From: Octopus sinensis
Taxonomy: Eukaryota
DNA: 64,000 nt
Direction of reading: 5' to 3'
Assembly: GCF_006345805.1 (NCBI RefSeq)
Contig: NW_021825821.1
Coordinates: 124,001 to 188,000 of the forward strand
The position numbers were made by a program, and so were the translations under genes. Shown here piece after piece: positions 25,037 through 36,094 of this stretch. Under the pieces are notes generated by a model. The model was not told where the DNA came from, did not search any database, and saw only the letters and a program-made list of their open reading frames with translations. Position 1 is the stretch's first letter, and each line of letters begins with the position of its first letter.

Positions 25037-27130
25037 CGAACAACTGTGCTCATCTACGCTGTCAGAGACAACTACCAACTGTCATCATGAAATCTCTTGG
25101 AAACATAAATGCCGAACTTTCTCCAGGAGGTGCCTGGGCGAGGACAATAAAGGGATCCTCTTGGCAGCCGACGAGGCAATTGGCCTTCGGTCGCAAGTAC
25201 TATGCAACAAAGGTATACACTCTGATCTCCTGCCCTCAGCAAAGAACAAAAGGAGCTAACTACAACTGGAAACACATCTGATCCGAAGAAGAAACAAATC
25301 TTACAGAATAGACGTTCATCTACCCAGAAAAAATCAAAATGTTGAACAAGACAAACTTCACTAACAAACTCGACTTAATAGCTGCAGGAATTGAACAGCT
25401 AAAGGACTCTTCAAAAATGTTTACGGCAATCCGCCTACTCAACAGGAAAAAACAACTAACAAACTCAAAATCCATGACAGCAATGGAAGATTCATCACAA
25501 TCCCAAAGAGCAGGCTGAATATATAGCCTCGTATTTCGAGAGTATATTAACCGCTCACGGAGAAATATCCGATTACACCAGCGGATACACCACTCATCTC
25601 AGCCTACCTATCACCACCGGTGAAGTATCACTGCAATAGCCAAACTTAAAAATGGCCGCTCCTCTGGACCGGATGGAATAAATTCAGAACTGTTTAAATA
25701 CGGACCGCCTGCACTAACAGACAAACTGGCGGAGCTACTCAATGGTATGTTTATGAAAAAGGATTCCTCGGTCTTGATTCCGGATTATTAATACCGATCC
25801 AAAAGCCTAACAAGCAGGCTGGGCCTGTCGAAAATCTACGCCCTATAATCTTGCTAAACCCTTACGGAAACTTTTGGGATTAGTTACACTGAACCGAATA
25901 AGAGAACAAGTGGACAACTATCTATCCCCGAGTCATAGTGGATTTAGGACAGGAAGATCCACCGCCGATGCTGTCTGGGCCCACAAGTGGTACTGCGCTA
26001 TCACCCAGAGATACAAAAGTGCAACAACAGTCCTGGGAATAGACCTGTCTAGGGCCTTTGACACGGTACGCCGTGGTCTACTCCTCAAAATACTGGAACA
26101 ATTCCTGGACCCTGACTCTGTCAATATGATAAGAGTACTACTATCGAACACAAAGCTCAAGGTGCGGGTCGGCACGGCGTTTTCCCGTGAATTCACGTGC
26201 AACGTCGGTACCCCTCAGGGAGACGCCCTCTCGCCGTTGCTATTCGTGATCTATCTGGAGACGGCACTACGAGACCTTCGAAAATTCTATGCTGGCAATA
26301 TCGTCGAAATTGTATATGCAGATGACGTCGACTTCGTGTCAGACGACAAATCGGCCTTACTTCGACTCCTTGAAGTGGCACCTGCTGAGCTGAACAGATG
26401 GTTCCTTAAATGAACGTTGGAAAAACCGACATCGTTGAAATCATGAGGATGGAGAGCAGCTCAAGTGAAGCCTGGCGCAAAACGAACAAACTCGGTTCTC
26501 TACTTGGGGACGGCCATGATATTGTCAGAAGAAAGGCTCTCGCTTGGGCCACGATGAACAAGATAAAGAAAGAGTGGATCGGCAAACGACGACTCTGTAC
26601 GTCACTTCGTCTGAGGATGTATGAAGCCTTTGTCAAACCAATCCTGACATATAATTCGGCGACCTGGGGAATGTCTAGTACTGAACAACGTGGACTCGAT
26701 TCTTTTCACCGCAGGCAACTTAGATCCCTACTGGGATTGAACTGGCCTATAAGAATCAACCAGGAATCGCTATACAATAGATGCAGAACTGGCCCTCTGA
26801 GTGTGGAAATCGTCAATATGCGGGGAGGTTATTTGGCCATATTCTACGAATGGACATGCTTGCCCCAGCTAACATAGCAATGGAGGGCTACTTCCTGAAA
26901 GAGGGATCGAGCTTCCGTGGACGTCCACGTGTTACGCTGCCGGAAACACTTGACGGAGACCTGAAATGTGTGAAGAAAAGGCTAAGGAGTGGTGAGGATC
27001 TGGACGAGCTGAGGAACTCGCTCACGACAGAGGAGGTTGGAGGAGCTGGTTCAAAGGATTGTTTTTAATGCTGCACGAGTAAAATTATAACTAATATGAT
27101 TCTACGTATGTTGCAAATAATAATAATAAT
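25037..27130 (+). mobile_element. 5'-truncated RTE LINE with (TAA)n tail and a 9-bp TSD (AGTGGTGAT)
   Basis: SGFRTGRSTAD, IDLSRAFD, GTPQGDALSP, YADD, RLFGH..FRGRP; TSD at 25028-25036 and 27131-27139. Confidence 0.9.
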
Positions 27131-27137
27131 AGTGGTG

Positions 27138-27662
27138 ATGTGTGTGCAGGACATGCCTCCAGCAGGGGGATATGGGAGGATAGTGCACGAGAAGATGGGG
27201 GGCTGGCGACCGTGGAATAGTACAATTTAATATATATATGACTGATTTGAGGATATTGTCGGCCTACATTGCATTCACGACGGTGAGTTGGTACGCCTAC
27301 GTGCACTACCGAGTGGGGCAAAGGTACGAGTCCTCTCCACACGTAGAGAGCGCAAGTTGTTGAACTACGACAGTGTGGTGGCCATCGAGCCACTACTCAT
27401 TGCAGAAAGACAACGAAAGTGCCACGTTTATTAATATCCCAGCTACGTCAGGCAACTAAAGAAGAACATTGCCATGGAGGCCGAGATCATGAAGGACGTC
27501 GAGGGATGGGTCGTCGGCCAATATTACGACCAGCCAGTCTACCACAACGCGGGCGACCACTGGATTGACCCCTCCATCGACGAGTACTACGCCCATGCTC
27601 CACTCAGGGATATGAGGAACCGATTTAAGTACAAAAACACGTGCTTCACTCCCCTCTTCTAA
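27138..27662 (+). CDS. NDUFA13: NADH dehydrogenase 1 alpha subcomplex subunit 13 (GRIM-19)
   Basis: QDMPPAGGYG; a TM segment; AIEPLLIAERQR; MEAEIMKDVEGWVVG. Introns of 23 and 24 nt plus a first intron (about 40 nt if canonical) give an open frame. Confidence 0.88.
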
Positions 27663-27977
27663 TACTCCACTTACTCTCTCTTTACTAATTGGATTATATT
27701 TTCTGGATGTCACTCCCTCAACAACCTACTCCTTTTAGATCGATCAAGGGTGTCATCCTGATTTGTTCATGACAGTCCTGTTCACATGTCCCTTCACATG
27801 AACGCTTAGAAAATGCGTATTTTTGAATGCCCTCAAATCACTCAAACTTATTAGTCACAACAAATTTAAAGTCCTTTTTTAGTTTTTTTAGGTCTCCTGA
27901 CATGAAATTTAATATAGATATATATAGTAAATGTCTAACCAATGAGCTATTCAAAATAAAATATGACCTTTAATTAA

Positions 27978-28340
27978 ATGATTCTACTTGTTCAACTTTT
28001 TATTCAGTTTGTGATCCAAAGTGACTGTGACCTAAGACTTTGGTTTTTGAAGAATTGCTTATTTTACATTAGGGCTTTGAACAACTGTGCGTTCAATGGA
28101 GAACATGCTAGGGGACATAAAGAATTAATTATAATTAAGAGAAACGTTACATTTCCAAATGGAGAAATATTCTTGAACTTAACAAAATTGAAGAAATTGT
28201 AATCAATATTTCATTAATACCAGTATCTGTAGAGGAAACTCGCTAAAGAGAATATCAAACAACTCATTTGATGGGTTGAATTACCTACGCAACCCATAGT
28301 GTATCCTTGGATATTCACATATAAGGATTACGAATCAATT
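27978..28340 (+). CDS. Leucine-rich-repeat secreted or surface protein, N-terminal part; probably truncated or a pseudogene
   Basis: Hydrophobic N-terminus; FLNLTKLKK/ICRGNSLKRISNNSFDGLNYLRN matches the LRR consensus across a 25-nt intron; no clear continuation. Confidence 0.45.
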
Positions 28341-28939
28341 TCAATGTAAGCACATTGCCAGTATCCACAAAAAGCGACTATTTAAAATTTAGAAGAGATA
28401 TAAATCTATTCATGATCTAGACAAGGTATCCACACAAGCACATAATCCATGGCCCTCTTTGACATTTTTTAAAATTTATTATTTCAACAATATTAACTTC
28501 TCTCACCGATAGAAGAACACGCACGAAGTGTCAATTTTAATAGCTTCACTCGTCGTCCAAATCGGTGAGGATTTTTGGTCATACCAACTTAGTTCCTATC
28601 ATCAGGCTCAATATTTGACGATGATACTCGTAGATCACTTCTATTTACAATATCAAGTTTTTTTTCGTTTTTGTAAGTAACACAATTTATAAATGATTTA
28701 TATACGAGTTTTATGGAAGTGTCCAGTCATTCTTCCAAAATGCTTGAGAGGTAAAATATTTTTACCATCCGGATTAAAATATATTATTGTCATCATGTCT
28801 CGGAATATATTGAATTATTTAGTTAAGAATCCAGATCGTCAGTGATTTCTCTTCTTTGCTTGGAAGAAGAGTTTGGCCCAAACTTCCCTTCATTTTCCAT
28901 TTCTGCGTCAAAGTAGTTGTTCAGCTGAGTGTCCTCGCA

Positions 28940-29260
28940 ACATGCTAGCTCCGCAAGTTGATTGGCAACAGCCGTCTTCATTATCTACCTTCATTCCATA
29001 TCTGTGTTCAATGAGCATACTCTCCAGCGTCCTTCAGCATAACCGACTGGATGTTTTTACAAGTTTCATCTTCAATGGATAACCAACTTATTTATATGAA
29101 TTTTAAAGAATTTTGAGACAACTCCACCTCATGTCAAGACAATTGGAATAATATTTACTTTTTCTTCATAGAGTATCGACAGTTCGTTTGCAAGCATGTT
29201 ATATTCGTGGAACTTCTCCACTCAACTTGCTTTAAACGATCTTGTGAGGTAATCCAAGAA
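28940..29260 (-). mobile_element. R4/Dong-like RLE C-terminal fragment
   Basis: ITSQDRLKQVE.EKFHEYNMLANELS..VNIIPIVLT.GGVVSKF. Confidence 0.65.
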
Positions 29261-29319
29261 ATCTTGTGATTAACTCAACTACAACAAATCGGCGACTAAC
29301 ACCTCTGTGGTAACTTAGT

Positions 29320-29870
29320 CAAAGTCTTGGAGGAGCACCAAGGGTATAAGTATCTTGGCGTGGTTGAGAGCCCAGCCTCATTAATCACACCCGAAACAAG
29401 AAAGTATGTAGTGGAGGGTGTGCGTAGTAAAACGGCAATGTTATATAAAACTCGCCTCAATACATGGAGCTTATTTCATGCCTTGAACGAGTACGCCATC
29501 TCATTGCTAAACTACTACGTTGGCCTGATCGATTTCGAACCGAGTCAATACGATGACCTTATTGTCAGAAGAGTACTCCGATAGAATCACGTCCACGTGT
29601 TGGGAAGCAATAAGGAGAGATACTATACTTGACCCGCGGGCAGCTAGCTGAGTAACATCATACACTTAAGTGAGCGAATTCTTACTAAGATGCACAACAC
29701 CTTGTAAAGTGGGTCGAGTGTATCCCAAAGGAAGGCTGCCATCCTTGCTGCTGAAAAAGCAGTTTAATGCTCACCTATCCAGTTCTTTCCTGACATTTAG
29801 TCAGCGAGAGGCGCTGGACTGCACCTTCTCAGAGGTCTACAGTGCAAGGTTAGAAAAATAAGAAGGGAAG
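29320..29870 (+). mobile_element. R4/Dong-like post-RT fragment
   Basis: GYKYLGVVES..KTRLN..LFHALNEYAISLLNYYVGLIDFEP. Confidence 0.8.
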
Positions 29871-30289
29871 AAGGTGCGTGGAGTATCAGTCTCTGTTCAC
29901 TTGAAAGCTCTGGACTTAAGTAATTAGTTAATTAGTTTCGGTATTTGAATCGTGTTGGTTGTTGTTGGTTAAAAAAGTTGGAATATTCCCTTGAAAGACA
30001 AGTATCGTCCGCTAATATGAATGAATCTAAAAAAGAGTGATTTTTCCTAAGTGCTTGTGATGTAAAACTGTTCGCTTGTTGAAGCTAACGCTCATACACA
30101 TTCGAAATAAATATTATCGATCGATTATTTTTTCCAATTTTATACAAAAAAAATTTCCTATTAAAAATCAAACCTTTCCTTAATTTTAATTAAAATGGGG
30201 AATAAGTTATAAACGAATTAATAAAGAGCCTGGAGGTCAACGAATTAATAAAGAGCCTTTCCTTAATTGAATGTCTTAATCGTGTGATA

Positions 30290-30510
30290 ACTGTCTAACT
30301 GCACGCGGCGTGTATCGATACTAAGAAAGCCTTTGATTCAGTTAATAGTGATTTTCTAGCACAAATCTTAAAAAGTTTGGTTTACATGGACGGATTGTCA
30401 ACATTGAGCCGATAGTTACCAGAACTAAGGCTAAATAGAAAGTACATTCAAGATGTACGCATTGAGAGGGGGATAATACAAGAGGATAGTCTCTCTGTAC
30501 AACTATTGAA
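30290..30510 (+). mobile_element. R4/Dong-like RT fragment
   Basis: IDTKKAFDSV and RIERGIIQEDSLS. Confidence 0.55.
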
Positions 30511-30901
30511 TTAGACTAGTCGATATGGCGAACGATACAATCTAATCAAAACTAATAGAATACAAAGTTCGACCTGCAGACAAACAGAGATTATAATTTC
30601 ATTGTAACAATTTTAGAAGAGGGTTGGGTTCAATGTCTCTTCTAAGTGAGCGTATCTTTCTTTGATTCCTTATAGACTTAAAACACTGAATTGTCTGCAA
30701 AATAAGCTTCTCCATTCTTCAAACCGAACTGTTGAAAAAACTCATCTAGCCACTATTGAACAATACTTGAAGCACAAATATCTACTTGAAGATTCAGTTC
30801 ACTCTTTATTCAATCCTATACAAAAGTGATTTGGGTTTATAAATAAAATAATATAATTTATTATTTTTTAGACAAAAATATATTTAATATTTTAAATTTC
30901 A

Positions 30902-32042
30902 ATGGATGATCCATGTTGTGTCTCACCATTAACTCCAATCAAGAAGATTATAAATCCAAATCAAATGACAATTTGGAGCCAGTCTAAAGTATATAAATAA
31001 AGTAAGTTAATTAGGCATTCGCCAAAATCTTCCAGTTCATTCTCGCGATTAACAAATCAGTACAAGGACTGAAGATAAATGATTCATATCTTCGTAGTGA
31101 AGTATCTACATTAATCAAATATCTTAGAAAACGTGTTCTCTCATAAACATGCTCTCTACTCTTGACCAGTGGGCTGACGAAACCGAGCCTTTAGCCCTTG
31201 CTCAGAGGTTTGGAAACAAAGCGTACCGAACATGGCATCTGAGACTCGAGGAGGTCGAACTTTGTTTAAATTGCAGAACTCAGATTATTTGGTTGATAAT
31301 TTACTGACCAACACACCCGACATTGATCTGGAATTTTCAAGATGTGAACTACGACCCTATTTAACTGATTCGTTTGGAAATGCCACACGGATTGACTACG
31401 GGACTGGTTTGACTTGGAATTTAGTTTGTTAGGACATGAATTGGCATTTGTGGCATTTCTCTATTGTCTGTATTCACTTCACTTTATAGAGGACACGGAT
31501 TTGCCAGCAGTGGGTCTTGTTGTCTTTCATAAGTCCGGATTTGCTGATAATCTTAGATATCTCGTTTTGGTACGAAAATTGCAGACAAAATATAACATGG
31601 AACCTGCTGGGAGTCATGGAGTTTGGTGTCTCGATGATTTCCAATTCTTGCCCTTTCTCTGGGGAAGCTCTCAATTTATTGGTTTATTTTAATCCTTTAT
31701 TTATTAAGAGTTGGATACAGTGTGTCCTGCTGACTCAATCAAGCCAAATAGAGACACGGAGAGTGACTACCATTATTGTTTGGCAATTGATTATATTTAT
31801 AAGGTTAATCACGTTTTTAACTTTCTAGACAAAAATTGGGCCGTTTGCCGAGCATTCGAGTCAGCTGTACGGAATTAGTTCTTTACAAAGTTGGAATAGA
31901 ATAAATGCAGGATTGATTAGAATGTACAAGGCTGAGGTTTGGGATATTTTTCTACTTTCAGGTTCTCTCAAAATTCCCGATTGTTCAACATTTCTTTTTT
32001 GGGACGCTTTTGAGTTTCGACTGCGCATTCAAGAGTCCTTAA
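30902..32042 (+). CDS. PTPA: Serine/threonine-protein phosphatase 2A activator, 9 exons, about 312 aa
   Basis: QRFGNKAYRTW; SFGNATRIDYGTGHEL.F; YNMEPAGSHGVWCLDDFQFLPFLWGSSQ; GPFAEHS..LY.IS..W.RIN.GL..MYKAEVLSKFPIVQHF.FG. Eight introns of 23-27 nt give an intact frame. Confidence 0.93.
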
Positions 32043-33169
32043 TTTCTAATTATTTTATCTAAATAAATGAAGTTTTCGTATATTGCGTGTAAAAAAACAA
32101 GGTCGAGTTTTCACTGCATTGCATACAAAATAAATTATAGATATAGTACTAATACATTCAACTCTCTCAAATTGGCCATTTTTGGTTCCTTCAATTTTGT
32201 TGGCCAATTTGAGAATAATATCGATAATTTTTTAAAGAAACTACTTCAATTTATCTTCAATTTTTTTATTACGAAAAAAGAAATCGGTCAAGTCTTCGAA
32301 AGCTTCATGGACGGGAAGCCGATTTTTTTCAAATTTAAAGAAAATAAAAAAATCTTAATTTTTTTAAAGTAAAATTTAATTCCCATTTGTTTTTTTAGAT
32401 ATCAGTATATTTTCTTTGTAACGTCTTATAGATGAGATTAGTAAGACATCATGCTCGTTTTCAATGTTTTTTAATAAATCTTCTTCAATTGTCGTTAACC
32501 TGACCACAATGTCATTTTTGTTAATTTCTTCCTCATCATTTATATTTTCTTATTTTCATCTTCAATATTTCCGCCATTGTCCATCTCTTCTATTCTATCA
32601 TTTTCTGCATATTCATTTGCAAGAAATTCTTCAATATCCAACGGATCAAAAATATCTGTCTTTTCTATTGGTATACTATCTTCTGAATTATTTTTCACGA
32701 CATATTTCTTTAGTTCTTGGAAATGATTTATTGTTCAGTAAAATCTTGGCTGTATTTTTCATTTTCTTTCTAGTGAAAATCATTTTTTAAGCCAACTCTG
32801 AGTACAAAAGTGATTCTCGATCCTCTGGGATCAAAATTTTAGAGTTGCCGACTCTACTTTCTTTTAAAAAGTACAGGGTTCTGAAAAAGATGAACTTACA
32901 GTTTGGAGTGAAATTATACAGCGACTTGGCTCTCGCCGAAAATCTCCAAAAAAGCTAGCTTAATCAAGATCTCGAAGATGTACTATCCGGACACTCTCCA
33001 GCTGCTGAACATAAGAGGGCGTTAATAAATTCCCATGAATTTTTTCTGGTAATTCTGAATGGCGGTTAGGGTAAGTATTGTATAAATAGTCATGAAACTT
33101 AGGGTTTTGAACTGAAAAGTAACTTAAGTAGCGAAAGTCCAATTAAACTCCTTGCCTTAACTTATAAAA

Positions 33170-33310
33170 CCTCTGAATGCTTCGGAAAAATTTTGCTCCT
33201 TTTTCTGAAATCAAGTGGCCGCCAACTGATTCAAGAAAAACAGGATCACAGAGAAATGACGAGACTCTTTGAAAAGATTTCGGTTGCCATTCTCGGATGC
33301 AGCTACTTCG
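33170..33310 (+). mobile_element. CRE-like extreme C-terminal fragment
   Basis: GRQLIQE..LFEKISVAIL resembles the RISIAI.RGN tail of the other CRE copies. Confidence 0.45.
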
Positions 33311-33374
33311 AATTGTTAATGTATTTAAAATTTGATAATTTAAATAAATAAAAATTTGTTAGTTTTCTTAAAGT

Positions 33375-34320
33375 TTACTAACTTAATTTTGGAAAATTTT
33401 TTTGATTAAAAATATGACAAATTAAAAAATGAACAATGCCGAATTTGTAAATATTATTATAAATTTTTAAATTTTTTTAAAAAAATTTTGAATTTGTAAG
33501 TGCGTTGTCGGGATGAATAATAACTTTTCTATGCGAAATTTTTCCAAATTGAAGGACTACGAACTACCACGGTCGGAAATGGAGTCAGTTACGTTCTTAC
33601 AGGAGGTCGGAATCATACCAATGGAAAAGAAATGCGAAAAAAGACATTTCATGGCCCTTCAGCGGGATAATACCACATGGGTGTGCAATAAAAGCGAGTG
33701 CCGAACTTATAGTTCTGTCAGAAACGGTATAATAAGAGAGAACTTTATTTTTAGGTACGTGGCTCGAAGGCACGACAGTGCCCTTAGCATCATGTATTCG
33801 TTTTATCTATATGTGGAGCTTTGACAGACACACAATTTCATAGTGTCGGCGTCAATTGGAGTGGAGTAGCCAAACTATTTGTAATTGGTCTCACTCCCTG
33901 CGGGAGGTATGTGCTGATTATTTAGTTAATCGTCCGAACACATTGATTGGTATATTACTATATTTGATTGTATAGGTGGAATTGGGAAAAGTGTTGAAGT
34001 AGACGAATGCATGTTTTCAAAAAGAAAGAATAATGCAGGACGGATTCTCCCTCAACAATGGGTGTTTGGGGGAATCTGTCGAGGAAGTAATGAGTGTTTC
34101 CTGGAGATGGTTCCAGATCGCACGAAAAGAACTTTGACAGCCGCGATACAGCGAAATATCGCACCGGGTTCAGTGATATACTCTGACAAATGGAAGGGTA
34201 ATTGTAATTACTTTATTTTTGTTAATAAATTTATAATAATATTTACAAATTCGGCATTGTTCATTTTTTTAATTTGTCATATTTTTAATCAAAAAAATTT
34301 TCCAAAATCAAGTTAGAGCC
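33375..34320 (+). mobile_element. Merlin/ISXO2-like transposon deletion derivative with about 95-bp TIRs and an intron-containing transposase
   Basis: Inverted repeats at 33375-33470 and 34228-34320; VRN/GTWLEG, IG/GIGKSVEVDECMFSKRKNNAGR..QWVFGGICR..IAPGSVIYSDKWKG. Confidence 0.85.
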
Positions 34321-34679
34321 TTATTTCGTGCAGCATGAAATCTACAAGTACCTGTTTTAGATATTCTAATTTACTTCCAAAGGGAGAATAAAATTTAAAA
34401 ACCTGTCTTTTGAAGATAAAAAACTAATCCTTATTTTTACGTAAGCAAATAATTAAATTTTTTAACGAAACAGCATATACTAGCGCAAAATTGTTTTCAA
34501 AATTCGACAAAAAACCAATACATTACAATCGAGAAAATTAATTTTTGTAATATTAGAGGACACATCGCATTTTCAAAAATGATAACATAAATAGTGTGAG
34601 AATTCTCTGAAAATACATAAAAAAACACATTATACAAATGAGATTTTTTCAAACAACATTAAAAATCTAAAAAGACAAT

Positions 34680-34930
34680 TCATATTCATTGCAAATTGAA
34701 AAAAAGAAGTCCGGGAGGAAAGACAAGGTCGATCTGCGAGCATTGCCAGAGAACGGTTGGATTCCGGCCAAACGGATAGCTTGCGCGTTGCCCCGCATGA
34801 TTCCAACAGAGATTCTCAACCAAAAGGATTCGTGTGCCTCCACGTTTCTCCGAGCGATAATGAGGCCGACGTCCTTCAAGAACTTGGATGTTTGCGTACC
34901 GAAGGCTTCGGAGATCTCGAATGCCAAAGG
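34680..34930 (-). mobile_element. CRE-like RLE C-terminal fragment
   Basis: AFEISEAFG..SKFLKDVG..RISVGIMRGNAQAI. Confidence 0.72.
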
Positions 34931-35158
34931 TACAAAGAAATGTTGGGCGGCGAGTTGTCTGTATTTCTACATTCTCATACTCACATCATCTTCTATATTA
35001 AAGACTGTCAGTCCAAGAAGTCGAAAAATGTTTCAAACTTTTGAAATGACACAAAATTAGTTTCATTTCCTTATTTTGATTTCAATTTATATATTTACAA
35101 AAAATGTACATCTCAATATTTAATATATAGAATTATTGTTTAAATTTAGCTCAACGTG

Positions 35159-36045
35159 ATGCCTGCGTCGATATCTGTACATATTAAATGATTAAAGAAT
35201 ATAAAAGGGAAAATCAGCTCTAATATTCGGCAGTACTCCAATCGCTATTTCTACCGCCAGAATCCTCACCTGTTTAAACTGCAACGTGACAATTGCTGAC
35301 ATCTCCAGTAATCTCAGTGATCTGGAAAAGTCCCTAAACATATCAAAGACTCCGCGCTTACATTCCCTCGCGGTCTCATATCATCTTTTTATATTTAGAG
35401 ACTGTCAGTCCAAGAAATCGAAAAATTTTTCAAACATTTGAAGACCAAGAAAACCCACGTGAACTATGTTATTAACTGCTTTTTTAATTACCACAATTTC
35501 CCCTCAATATTTCTGGATGAGAAACCCAACCAGACCGCGCACTATTTTGATAAAATGTTAAATGTATTGTGCCGGTCACACCGTTAAGAAAACAGTCCTG
35601 ATGTCTTATTCAATCGCCTGTAATGCTGCTCAAATCATCTCCTCCAATGTTCCTACTCTCGAAGGAGAACGGGGGGTAGTCATAAACACGAGTTGCACGA
35701 CTTCCTTTGACGGGATGATTGGTCAAGTGGCTTCTGCCAGCTGTTCAGGAGCCATCAATTCGATGACACTTCCGCTTGCACGTGAATTCGGAATTTTGGG
35801 AGTGAGGACTGTCACTATTTCACTCGGTCACGACTGTATTTATTATTTCAGGAGTGACTGAGGATGCCGGACATAATCGTTCTTTAAAGTCAAAAATCGA
35901 CGGTCTTATTAGGCGGCAGTTTTTGTTTCCGAAGAAATTTGTGACTTATGACAACTATTCGAAACTGGTGGTGTCTATATTGGAAAATCCAATGATCAAT
36001 GGACAGGTCATTCGACTGGATGGAGGAGTGCGCACTATTTCATAA
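35159..36045 (+). CDS. HSD17B10: HSD17B10/SDR5C1 (MRPP2, scully)-like SDR; intact 259-aa frame but catalytic YxxxK and glycine-rich NAD motif absent
   Basis: Introns 35177-35207, 35373-35398, 35564-35588 and 35827-35851 give 780 nt in frame; GERGVVINT..FDGMIGQ..MTLPLAREF..GVRTVTISLG and ENPMINGQVIRLDGGVR match the HSD17B10 C-terminal half. Confidence 0.82.
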
Positions 36046-36094
36046 TAAATATTTTCTTTATCAAAATATTGTTAAATTTGTTCAGTTTGTAATA

